64,000 bases of DNA from an uncultured Lentimicrobiaceae bacterium. GTDB taxonomy: Bacteria; Bacteroidota; Bacteroidia; Bacteroidales; 4484-276. The DNA lies in the NCBI GenBank assembly GCA_964593705.1, contig CAZQIV010000004.1, forward strand, positions 27,646 through 91,645, in the 5' to 3' direction. Below, one piece after another: positions 10,101 through 17,507 of this stretch; the first letter of the stretch is position 1; the number at the start of each line of letters is the position of its first letter. The position numbers and the translations under genes are program-made. The notes under the pieces are model-generated. The model was not told where the DNA came from and searched no databases. It was given only the letters and a program-made list of their open reading frames with translations.

Positions 10101-10298
10101 CGCTCCTGCGGTATAAATGATAAATGGTTGCGTGGCATCGCCCATAAAATGGAGAAGCCAGCTAATAGAAACAACTGCCGGGAAAGCAAGTGTAATGAGT
10201 GCAACAAGCCGGGCAAAATCTGAACCGGGTTTTCTGAACAATCCCAGCAGGAATGCAACACTCAGCAGGACAGCAACGATATATACAGGATTTACCAT
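7170..10298 (-). CDS. Double antiporter-like subunit (two NuoL/M/N - MrpA/D modules fused; MbxH-H'-like)
   Basis: 1042 aa, about 30 predicted TM segments. The C-terminal module has the canonical LHIWLPGAHAEAESDVSPMVSGILLKGGAFG. The N-terminal module has a divergent counterpart, GWGLDVYQSAHPGISAMISSGTATASLF. Confidence 0.75.
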   Translation of the reverse strand: MVNPVYIVAVLLSVAFLLGLFRKPGSDFARLVALITLAFPAVVSISWLLHFMGDATQPFIIYTAGALPPFSINLKMGIEEAFLTSATNILGFFGFLYLYKTFKEAGASAVVLFLVLIMGLNVIIMTRDIFNMFVFLEIASIAIIGLIFLKKNIDSVSAGFKYLIAVSVISTVLLLGIGFIYYFAGTLNIDDFISKNTGAVKGLSTAVFLVIIAVLLELKPFPANGWGLDVYQSAHPGISAMISSGTATASLFVLYKLLPFGTNDWMNVVALIGMITFVGSNVLGIAQQNANRLLGYSSIGQIGLMVAVIGFSHLLGNHLRMVFFGLFISHFLAKAGLFWLSGMIGKENIRSWSVLRTKPLLLVAFGLFAFALIGFPPFPSFFGKWQLVMDLASQGQFGWIVAILLGSMFEGVYLFRWLGFAIKLDIEADQKIDLGIEKLIPVAVFALAIIGVSHFAIGAVPGGLSLNLIPVYFILLLFVLDFLPARIKNTIAIVGMGYYAWQLYPSLQDDTLRLVFAGIFLIGGLLTLFAGYSVKGKRPGFFPFAIMMYAGLIGLVEAKNLLQFFFAWELMTLGSYVLIIRGKKSLVHAYNYMLFSLGGAYLIFMGIALSVAGQSGISLSLLNTTHFPGWAYTLLAVGFLTKTAALGLHIWLPGAHAEAESDVSPMVSGILLKGGAFGLIVLFLAMGAENAGGHPLLYALGWLGAITALGGNLMAVFQEDAKRLLAYSSVGNLGYILFAFAFMTNVGWLTGLTYSINHFMFKTLLFLAIGGVVMRVKTHNMYEMGGLIKSMPWSFIAVLIGIITLAGIPPLSGYAGKWLFYNAVISKGWYFQGGIVFFSGTIAFLYCFKLIYSIFLGQPKDKFRKVKEVPIWYILPQFILIVGIMIFSARPDLVLQPIGALLSQAGYFPTDPLTWENVTASTNLGYWSGYKIMLVIGVMFVTLLTWLLIMSRKAQNVKQFNIVYSGERPFTPETTHFSHNMFSPYNRALGFLTTPVVTRFWDGVNSTSHAFADSFRKIYSGNGQTYLAHILAYIIIVYLIIF

Positions 10299-10663
10299 TT
10301 TAGCGATTTGTATTTATTGATATCATAAGTTCTATTTTCGGTGTACATGCGCAAAGCATAAGTAAGCATTAATGCGGTGATGCCCACGCCAATAACAATG
10401 GCTGTGAGTACAAGTGCCTGTGGTAATGGATCCACAATTTTTGTTGCGGCATCGGCTTTGTTAACAGCCCCATCGATAATTGGCGCTGTTTTATTTCGGA
10501 TGTACCCGATACTCACCAAAATCAAGTGAACACTGGTATCGAGAATAGAAAAGCTGAGGATAATTTTAATTATATTTTTTTGAGAGATTATTCCCCACAA
10601 GCCGGCAAGAAAAAGCAGCAAGCCTGTTGCCATACTTATGTATTCGATATTTAAATATTTCAT
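10292..10663 (-). CDS. MnhC / NuoK-like subunit (MbxG-like)
   Basis: 123 aa, 3 TM segments, with DPLPQALVLTAIVIGVGITA typical of MrpC/MnhC. It overlaps both neighbours by 4-7 nt. Confidence 0.75.
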   Translation of the reverse strand: MKYLNIEYISMATGLLLFLAGLWGIISQKNIIKIILSFSILDTSVHLILVSIGYIRNKTAPIIDGAVNKADAATKIVDPLPQALVLTAIVIGVGITALMLTYALRMYTENRTYDINKYKSLKW

Positions 10664-11358
10664 TTTTCCTCTCCTTGTGTTTGATTGAGCACAATAATAA
10701 TTTTAGAAAGTTCGGCACCTACCTTAAGGCCTATAAGGCTATAAATAATTGGGATGGCTCCCGCGCTGAGCAGCTCGCCAAAAGTTCCGAGGGGCAGAAT
10801 TTTATTATCAAGAAAGCCCGCGGCTAAAAAGATTCCAAGTACGCCAAGGATCACAAATCCGAAGCCCGAAAATGCTTCGGTAACTTTAAGGAGTGTATGG
10901 CTGATCCTGGGGCCAGATACCGACATGAGCCACAGAATTATGGCCGAAGCAAGCACAGCCCCACCTTGAAATCCCCCTCCCGGAGTAAGGTGACCATTGA
11001 TAAAAATATAAACTCCTACCAGAATGATGATGGGGAGTAACACATTGGTGGCGGTTTCGAGCAACTCGCTGGTAGCTTGTTCAGGTTTTCGGTTGGAGCT
11101 TTTTCCGGTCGAGAGCATAAAACCAATTATAGCAGCAGTAAGAAACAGGATGGTAACCTCACCCAGGGTATCAAATCCACGGTAGGTAACAACAATAGCA
11201 GTTACCAGGTTGGCAGCGCCGGTTTCGGCAGCGCCATTTTTTGCATAATATTCTGCAGTCGAATTTAGTTTATCTGCGCCGTGGTATGCCGATAGTTCCT
11301 GAAAAAGAATCCATCCCATACCTGCAATTATCAAAATCAGAATACTATTTCGTATCAT
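10660..11358 (-). CDS. MnhB-like subunit (MbxF-like)
   Basis: GAANLVTAIVVTYRGFDTLGEVTILF is the MnhB-domain signature. 232-aa membrane protein. Confidence 0.75.
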   Translation of the reverse strand: MIRNSILILIIAGMGWILFQELSAYHGADKLNSTAEYYAKNGAAETGAANLVTAIVVTYRGFDTLGEVTILFLTAAIIGFMLSTGKSSNRKPEQATSELLETATNVLLPIIILVGVYIFINGHLTPGGGFQGGAVLASAIILWLMSVSGPRISHTLLKVTEAFSGFGFVILGVLGIFLAAGFLDNKILPLGTFGELLSAGAIPIIYSLIGLKVGAELSKIIIVLNQTQGEEK

Positions 11359-11596
11359 CGGTTTGTCGGATTTTATTTAATACATAAAAGAAAATTACCA
11401 CTGTGAGTGCGCTACCAATAGATGCTTCGGTGATGGCTACATCAGGAGCAGCGAGAAAAATATATACCACCGAAGCAAACAAGCTGATAATGCCGGAGGC
11501 GATAACCGCAACCTGCAGGTTCTTGTGATGGATTGCTGTGAATGCCATGACGAGCATGATCAGCGACATTATAATTATGATTATCGAATAGAGCAT
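11345..11596 (-). CDS. DUF4040 / MbhD-MbxD-like small membrane subunit
   Basis: LAAPDVAITEASIGSAL matches the MnhB N-terminal (DUF4040) pattern. The ATG at 11596 (MLYSII) lies 7 nt after the MnhG stop, whereas the longer track ORF overlaps MnhG by 47 nt. Confidence 0.6.
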   Translation of the reverse strand: MLYSIIIIIMSLIMLVMAFTAIHHKNLQVAVIASGIISLFASVVYIFLAAPDVAITEASIGSALTVVIFFYVLNKIRQTDDTK

Positions 11597-11603
11597 ATAA
11601 TTT

Positions 11604-11948
11604 TTATTTAGCTTGTGAAACATTTTCTTCATCTTCGGCCAGCTTATCAATAGCAGTTCTTGATGAAAGTGGAACCTTTATAAAATGTGCTGCCCTGCCT
11701 AAAACATGCGATGAAACCGGATTGGAAATAAAAATAAAAATGATGAGCAAAGCAATTTTCAACAACCAGTCGGGATGAATCAACCCTATGCCAAGCAAAG
11801 TGAGCATCGAGCCCAGCGTAGAGGCTTTTGTTCCGGCTTGTATCCGGTTGTAGATGTCGGGCATACGCAACAATCCGATGCCTGCAAACAAAATAAACAT
11901 AGCCCCGATCAGGGTAACGAATGCGCCAATAATTTCCAGAATTTCCAT
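11604..11948 (-). CDS. MnhG-like subunit (MbxC-like)
   Basis: GIGLLRMPDIYNRIQAGTKASTLG is the MrpG/MnhG signature. Confidence 0.8.
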   Translation of the reverse strand: MEILEIIGAFVTLIGAMFILFAGIGLLRMPDIYNRIQAGTKASTLGSMLTLLGIGLIHPDWLLKIALLIIFIFISNPVSSHVLGRAAHFIKVPLSSRTAIDKLAEDEENVSQAK

Positions 11949-11949
11949 A

Positions 11950-12210
11950 TTACAAACTTTTTGCTAAATATTTAGCTATTACTATCACACCAATAAAACT
12001 CAGTATGCCATAAACTATCGAAACATCGATATAAATTACCCTGCCAAAAAAGTGAGCCAGCATCACTATTAAACCGATAGAACTTACAGTGAGAACATCG
12101 AGGGCTACTACGCGATCGACTACAGTGCTGCCAAGCAAAAAACGCACAATCACCAATAGAAAGGAAATAGCGATTATAACCAATGCGATGGAAAGAATAA
12201 TATTAACCAT
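11950..12210 (-). CDS. MnhF-like subunit (MbxB-like)
   Basis: LLGSTVVDRVVALDVLT is the MrpF/MnhF motif. The ATG at 12210 overlaps the MnhE stop by 8 nt; the longer track ORF runs inside MnhE. Confidence 0.75.
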   Translation of the reverse strand: MVNIILSIALVIIAISFLLVIVRFLLGSTVVDRVVALDVLTVSSIGLIVMLAHFFGRVIYIDVSIVYGILSFIGVIVIAKYLAKSL

Positions 12211-12697
12211 AAAGAACCTCCAGGTATTTTTCAAATTTTCGAATAATGGACTGTGCATACTTTTCGGTATTATCACCATCAATATGTACGCAATGTATAT
12301 AAAGGGTATTTTCTTTGATGTCGATGGTAAAAGTACCGGGGGTGAGCGTAATTGAATTGGCAAGTATCAGTCGGGCCATCTTCGATTTTAATACCGTTTC
12401 AGCTTTGATAATCCCCGGATTGATGGGCAATGCCGGATTGAGCACACGCATGGCAATGTCAACATTGGATTTCACAAGTTCCACAACAAAAACACCCAGG
12501 TAAACAAATGTGTAGTAGATCGACTTTGGATTGATATTAATATCATTAAAAATCGAACATTTCTTACAAATTGCAAAGGATAAGAGTAGCGAAACACCTG
12601 CTCCGATGAGTAGTGGTGCAATTTGAATTGTATTGTTCAGTACCATCCAAATGGCCATGAGCATTACAAATACAACAAAAATTCCCTTAAATTTCAT
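12203..12697 (-). CDS. MnhE-like subunit (MbxA-like)
   Basis: 164-aa membrane protein with the MrpE-typical ITLTPGT motif. Confidence 0.75.
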   Translation of the reverse strand: MKFKGIFVVFVMLMAIWMVLNNTIQIAPLLIGAGVSLLLSFAICKKCSIFNDININPKSIYYTFVYLGVFVVELVKSNVDIAMRVLNPALPINPGIIKAETVLKSKMARLILANSITLTPGTFTIDIKENTLYIHCVHIDGDNTEKYAQSIIRKFEKYLEVLYG

Positions 12698-12710
12698 ATT
12701 TTACTTTTTT

Positions 12711-13361
12711 TTAAATCAGTACTTTTTCTTTGTTATAAAAATTCAGGATTTCTATAAATTTCTCCCGGATTTCGATGAGCTGAACTTCCTGAAGTTTTTT
12801 TCCATAAATCCTGATAAAATCAATAAAATGGGGCTTTTCCATCCAATAGCCAATGGCTGCATCAAAATTCCGAAATACTTTTTTTGATTTCTGATAGGTA
12901 ATGAGCTGCTCAAAAGTTTTCCAATCGAGGGTTTGAGGAATTTCGAGATAAAATATGTCGGACGATAAGGCATTGCTGAAAACATTTTCACCCATAGGGT
13001 TGACCTCAAAAAACGACTTTAAATAGATATGACTGAGATAAGTGTTTATTTTTTTGTTCTGGTGAAAGTTAATTCCATGATTCACAAATAATGCTGCTAT
13101 ATCGTCCAAAGAATGGCCTTGCAAATCTTTTATCCTGATAGCCTTGCTGTATTTTCCAAGCAGCGAGATATGCGCAGGGCAGGTCTGAACACCGAATTTC
13201 TCATGGGCTTCAATACTAATTCTGCAAACAACATCCTGGTGGCAGCAAGCCAGGGTGGTAACCGGCAAATAGTACGACCTTTCTTTGCAGGTGTTGTCGG
13301 TAGGGTTATGTTCGGAGCAATAAAACCCCGGGAAAGGATCCTTTGATTCGAGCACCAACAT
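12711..13361 (-). CDS. Cys-rich hypothetical protein, first gene of the Mbx-like operon
   Basis: The ORF ends 13 nt before mnhE. Cys/His pattern: C-x10-C-x14-CC-x5-C-x15-C-x2-H. The track start at 13544 is GTG and leaves a 25-bp divergent intergenic region. The ATG at 13361 (MLVLESK) is preferred but uncertain. Confidence 0.45.
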   Translation of the reverse strand: MLVLESKDPFPGFYCSEHNPTDNTCKERSYYLPVTTLACCHQDVVCRISIEAHEKFGVQTCPAHISLLGKYSKAIRIKDLQGHSLDDIAALFVNHGINFHQNKKINTYLSHIYLKSFFEVNPMGENVFSNALSSDIFYLEIPQTLDWKTFEQLITYQKSKKVFRNFDAAIGYWMEKPHFIDFIRIYGKKLQEVQLIEIREKFIEILNFYNKEKVLI

Positions 13362-13569
13362 TTTGGAGACAGGTTCAAGGGAAGTATTTGATAATGTTTC
13401 CCTTTTTAAAATTGTACCGTATTTTGCCAATGTATGTTTCAATTGCTTAGTTTTGTAGAAATTTGTTGCAAAAGTGTAATTTGAATCTTTTGGTTTGATA
13501 AATAAAAAATGATTTGTCAACCGGAAAAAATTAAGATATCTCACTTTTTTTGATGTTTTATTTTGTAAA

Positions 13570-14268
13570 ATGCTGAATACGAATACAAAACTTAAATGTA
13601 GCCTGTGTACCTACAAGCAGCAATGCTATTTTAGTAGTTTAACCGAAACCGAATCTGATTTTTTATATCAAAACAAAACAGAAGTAGATTTTAAAGCTGG
13701 CCAAACCATCTATAAACAGGGTACTGTTTCGAAATATCTCATTTTTTTATTGAGTGGCATGGCTAAAGTTTTTATTGAAGGCGACAACAACAAAAATTAC
13801 ATTTTACAACTGGTTAAGCCTTTTCATTTTTTAGACTTCCCCGCCATTTTCGACAACGATATGCTTTTCCGTTCTTCGGTGGCGGTAATGGATTCGCGTG
13901 CCTGCCTTGTTGATATCGATGCTTTTAAATCGTTGGTGCTTTCCGATAAAAAACATTTCCCCCGCATCATCAGGCATTTCAACCAACTTCAGCAACAATA
14001 CTCCACCAGGTTGATCAATGTATTGTATAAAAATATGGAGGCACGCATTGCCGATGCGTTACTTTACCTGGTAAACGAAGTTTATTACAGCCGTGTTTTT
14101 ACCCTGACCATTTCGCGAAAAGAGCTTGCCGAATTGGCCGGCCTGTCCAAGGAGAGTACCAGCCGTATTTTAAGCCAGTTAAAAGATGAAGAAGTTTTAA
14201 AAATTAAAGGAAAAGAAATTGAGGTACTCAATAAAAAATACCTTGAGCAACTTTCAAGAATTGGTTAA
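13570..14268 (+). CDS. FNR-type (Crp/Fnr family) [4Fe-4S] oxygen-sensing transcription regulator
   Basis: cNMP-binding-like fold plus a C-terminal HTH (RKELAELAGLSKESTSRIL). Cys10, 13, 19 and 112 have exactly the spacing of E. coli FNR Cys20/23/29/122. Confidence 0.8.
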   Translation: MLNTNTKLKCSLCTYKQQCYFSSLTETESDFLYQNKTEVDFKAGQTIYKQGTVSKYLIFLLSGMAKVFIEGDNNKNYILQLVKPFHFLDFPAIFDNDMLFRSSVAVMDSRACLVDIDAFKSLVLSDKKHFPRIIRHFNQLQQQYSTRLINVLYKNMEARIADALLYLVNEVYYSRVFTLTISRKELAELAGLSKESTSRILSQLKDEEVLKIKGKEIEVLNKKYLEQLSRIG

Positions 14269-14718
14269 CTCTTTCTGCAAATTTTACCAGCATTTCATTG
14301 AATACATTTTGAACTTGTTTTATGAATAGTAAAAGCCAATTTGGTTACATTCAGATTACTGAAAAATACTTTCACCATATCTATTTTAAAGGTGGCTCTA
14401 CTATCATTTTTGTTGAATTTTGTTTGTTAATTTAATTGCTGTTGATAATGAGACAACAGTGGGCTGTGGGCTGCAGACTGTGAACTGAAAAATTGTTGAG
14501 CCTTTCCAATAATCATGATATCAAATTGTGGCCTTAATACACTGATACAAGCTGCAAAGAAAATCATGGTAATAAAAGGGCTCTCACCAAATCAATAAAA
14601 AAAATGACCTAAACCATTACTTTTGTTGAGCCAGAATCATTGTTAATAAATAAACAATACCCATTAAATTATAATTTTGCACATTAACATATAGAGATAC
14701 TTACATACAACAAGATCG

Positions 14719-16965
14719 ATGAAAACCAGGAGAGACTTTATTAAAATATCGGCATTGGGAACCGCTGGAGCTACACTGGCTGGCAGCATGTTATCCTTTG
14801 GCCGGGGATCCTCGGCAGTGGATGATTTTACGAAAAAGACCGAGCCTCTAAAAAAATTACAACGCTACCCAACGTATTGTGAAGTATGTTTTTGGAAGTG
14901 TGCGGGCTGGGCTTATGCCGATGAAAACAATAAGGTTGTTAAAATTATAGGTAACCAGGAAGACCCGCACTGTAACGGAAGGCTTTGTCCACGGGGTACA
15001 GGTGGAGTCGGAATGGTTAACGACAGCGACAGACTTACGCAACCATTAATAAGGACCACTGTTAATGGCAAACAAACATTTAAGGAAGCAACATGGGAAG
15101 AAGCATTATCCCTCATAGCTTCCAAAATGAAAGATGTATCTGAAAAATATGGGCCGGAAGCTTTCGCTTTATTTAATCATGGATCTGCAGGTCATCATTT
15201 AGGACATCTTTTTAAAGCCTATGGTTCTACAAATATTACTGCACCATCCTATGCCCAATGCCGCGGGCCTCGCGAAGTTGGTTTTGCAGCAACCTTTGGT
15301 TCAGGAGTAGGCTCACCCGAACCTACTGATATTCGCGACACAAGATGCCTCGTTCTGATAGGCTCTCACCTTGGCGAAAACATGCACAATAGCCAGGTAC
15401 AGGAAATGTCGGATGCCATCGACAAAGGCGTTTCCATTATTACCGTTGACCCCAGGTTTTCGACAGTAGCCAGTAAATCAAAATTCTGGTTACCCATCAA
15501 GCCTTCAACCGATCTTGCACTTTTGTTAGCCTGGATTCATGTAATAATCAACGAAAAACTTTACGATAAAGATTATGTTGAAAAATATACTTACGGACTC
15601 GACCTGCTTAAAGCGCATGTAGAAAACATGACCCCTGAATGGGTCTATGGCATAACTACTATTAAGCCAGATGTAATCAGGAAGACTGCCCGTGAAATGG
15701 CCGATGCCTCTCCATCAGTGATTATTCATCCCGGGCGGCATGTTACCTGGTATGGCGATGATAGTCAACGTGCAAGAGCCATGGCAATATTGAATGCATT
15801 ACTTGGATCGTGGGGACGGCGTGGAGGATTTTATTTCAAGGAAAGCATGAAGGTACCACACTTTCCCCACCCTGAATATCCAAAACCAAAATGGTCGTGG
15901 CGCGATACACTCAATGGCAAATATCCATTAGCCGGTTTGGCCATATCCAATGGCCTGATAGATGCATCCATCCCTTCGCCCGACAATAAGCACCAGATTA
16001 AAGCCTGGATGGTTGCCGGCACAAACCTTCCACTCACAATGCCACAAAAAGAACAGTTGAATAAGGCATTTGATGCGCTTGAATTTGTTGTAGTTGTCGA
16101 TACAATGCCAATGGAAATAACAGGTTATGCTGATGTTATTATTCCTGAATGTACTTATCTCGAAAGATATGACGACCTGAGAACTTCGCCAAACCGTGAG
16201 CCATTCATCGCCCTGCGCATGCCGGCCACTAAGCCCTACGCCGATACCAAACCGGCATGGTGGATGGCCAAACAACTGGGTGAAAAACTTGGCCTTGGAG
16301 AATATTTTGCTTACGATAACTATACTGAAGTCTTAGACTGGCAGCTTCAGCAGGTAGGCTCATCACTTGAGGAAATGCAAAAAATTGGAATTAAAAAATA
16401 TAAGCGCACCTCCGGGCCACTTTACCTCGGCAAAGATGAAGATTACACCTTTAATACAAATACAGGTAAAATTGAACTTTACTCCACCGAATTCCAGGCA
16501 AACGGGTTTGATCCCATGCCTGTATTTACGCAGCATCCTGAACCACCATCGGGGTATTACAGGTTAATTTATGGCCGTGCTCCCATGCATACATTCAGCC
16601 GAACGGCAAACAACCCGAATCTTCACGACCTGAAAAAAGAAAATTCTATTTGGATTAATCCGAAAGTAGCCAGTTTGTGGGGTTTGAAAAAAGATCAATA
16701 CATCTGGATTAAAAATCAAGATGGAGTTGTATCGAAATTTCCTATTAAAGTTAGGATTACCGAAAGAATAAGATGGGACTCTATTTATATGGTACACGGA
16801 TTTGGGCATAGTGATAGAAAACTTAGCCGGGCCTATGGCCGGGGCGCCAGCGATTCGGATATGATTACAAATGTAATGGTTGATCCGATAATGGGAGGAA
16901 CCGGGATGCGTGGAAATTTTGTAACATTTTTAACTAAAGACCCAAAAGAGGAGGTTAACTCATGA
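14719..16965 (+). CDS. Molybdopterin oxidoreductase catalytic subunit, PsrA/PhsA-like (polysulfide/thiosulfate reductase family), Tat-exported
   Basis: Twin-arginine leader MKTRRDFIKISALGTAGATLAGS. N-terminal [4Fe-4S] motif CEVCFWKC...C. 748 aa. Followed by 4Fe-4S and NrfD-type subunits. Confidence 0.8.
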   Translation: MKTRRDFIKISALGTAGATLAGSMLSFGRGSSAVDDFTKKTEPLKKLQRYPTYCEVCFWKCAGWAYADENNKVVKIIGNQEDPHCNGRLCPRGTGGVGMVNDSDRLTQPLIRTTVNGKQTFKEATWEEALSLIASKMKDVSEKYGPEAFALFNHGSAGHHLGHLFKAYGSTNITAPSYAQCRGPREVGFAATFGSGVGSPEPTDIRDTRCLVLIGSHLGENMHNSQVQEMSDAIDKGVSIITVDPRFSTVASKSKFWLPIKPSTDLALLLAWIHVIINEKLYDKDYVEKYTYGLDLLKAHVENMTPEWVYGITTIKPDVIRKTAREMADASPSVIIHPGRHVTWYGDDSQRARAMAILNALLGSWGRRGGFYFKESMKVPHFPHPEYPKPKWSWRDTLNGKYPLAGLAISNGLIDASIPSPDNKHQIKAWMVAGTNLPLTMPQKEQLNKAFDALEFVVVVDTMPMEITGYADVIIPECTYLERYDDLRTSPNREPFIALRMPATKPYADTKPAWWMAKQLGEKLGLGEYFAYDNYTEVLDWQLQQVGSSLEEMQKIGIKKYKRTSGPLYLGKDEDYTFNTNTGKIELYSTEFQANGFDPMPVFTQHPEPPSGYYRLIYGRAPMHTFSRTANNPNLHDLKKENSIWINPKVASLWGLKKDQYIWIKNQDGVVSKFPIKVRITERIRWDSIYMVHGFGHSDRKLSRAYGRGASDSDMITNVMVDPIMGGTGMRGNFVTFLTKDPKEEVNS

Positions 16966-17495
16966 GATATGCCATGGCAATAGACACTAAAAAGTGTGTC
17001 GGGTGCAGCGACTGTGTAGTTGCCTGCCAAACAGAAAACAACGTTCCATTAGGATATTGCAGGGATTGGGTAACAGAAACTGTTACCGGCAGCTACCCCA
17101 ATGTAGAAATTGAACTCAGAACTGAAAGATGCAACCACTGCGATAATTCACCATGTGTGCGCTGTTGCCCAACCGGCGCAAGCCATATTGTTGAAGGAGG
17201 CATTGTTCTGGTTACTCCCGAAGAATGTATAGGTTGCGGAGCGTGTATCCAATCCTGTCCGTACGATGCCCGGTATTCACATCCAAAAGGCTATGTGGAT
17301 AAATGCACATTTTGCAACCATCGTGTGGTAAAGGGCGAACTACCGGCATGTGTGGCAGTGTGCCCTACAAAATGTATGTATTTTGGTGATTTAGACAATC
17401 CAAATAGCGATGTGTCGAATGCACTGAAAAACAGAAAATATAAAACCCTGGCTCCTGAAGCCGGGACAAAGCCACACATTTTTTATCTTATTTAA
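16962..17495 (+). CDS. 4Fe-4S ferredoxin-type electron-transfer subunit, PsrB-like
   Basis: Four Cys clusters (CVGCSDCVVAC, CNHCDNSPCVRCC, CIGCGACIQSC, CTFC...CVAVC). ATGA overlap with the catalytic subunit gene. Confidence 0.85.
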   Translation: MRYAMAIDTKKCVGCSDCVVACQTENNVPLGYCRDWVTETVTGSYPNVEIELRTERCNHCDNSPCVRCCPTGASHIVEGGIVLVTPEECIGCGACIQSCPYDARYSHPKGYVDKCTFCNHRVVKGELPACVAVCPTKCMYFGDLDNPNSDVSNALKNRKYKTLAPEAGTKPHIFYLI

Positions 17496-17507
17496 TAAAG
17501 AAACAAA

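Noticed and set aside
14672-14679. Bacteroidetes-type -7 promoter element (TAATTTTG, consensus TAnnTTTG) 40 nt upstream of the psrA-like ATG.
   Set aside because: No TTTG -33 element occurs at the expected spacing, and such octamers are frequent in AT-rich spacers. It is too weak to report as a feature.
13362-14718. FNR/CRP boxes (TTGAT-N4-ATCAA) in the promoter regions next to the FNR-type regulator.
   Set aside because: Scanning by eye found only partial half-sites (for example tgatatcaa at ~14517 and ttgataatgagacaa at ~14443) with the wrong spacing. There is not enough to call a site.
14719-16965. Selenocysteine or other recoding in the Psr-like molybdoenzyme, or in the Mo-hydroxylase at 33086..35632.
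   Set aside because: Both ORFs are uninterrupted, with no in-frame TGA at the positions where Sec occurs in related enzymes. No SECIS-like hairpin was noted.
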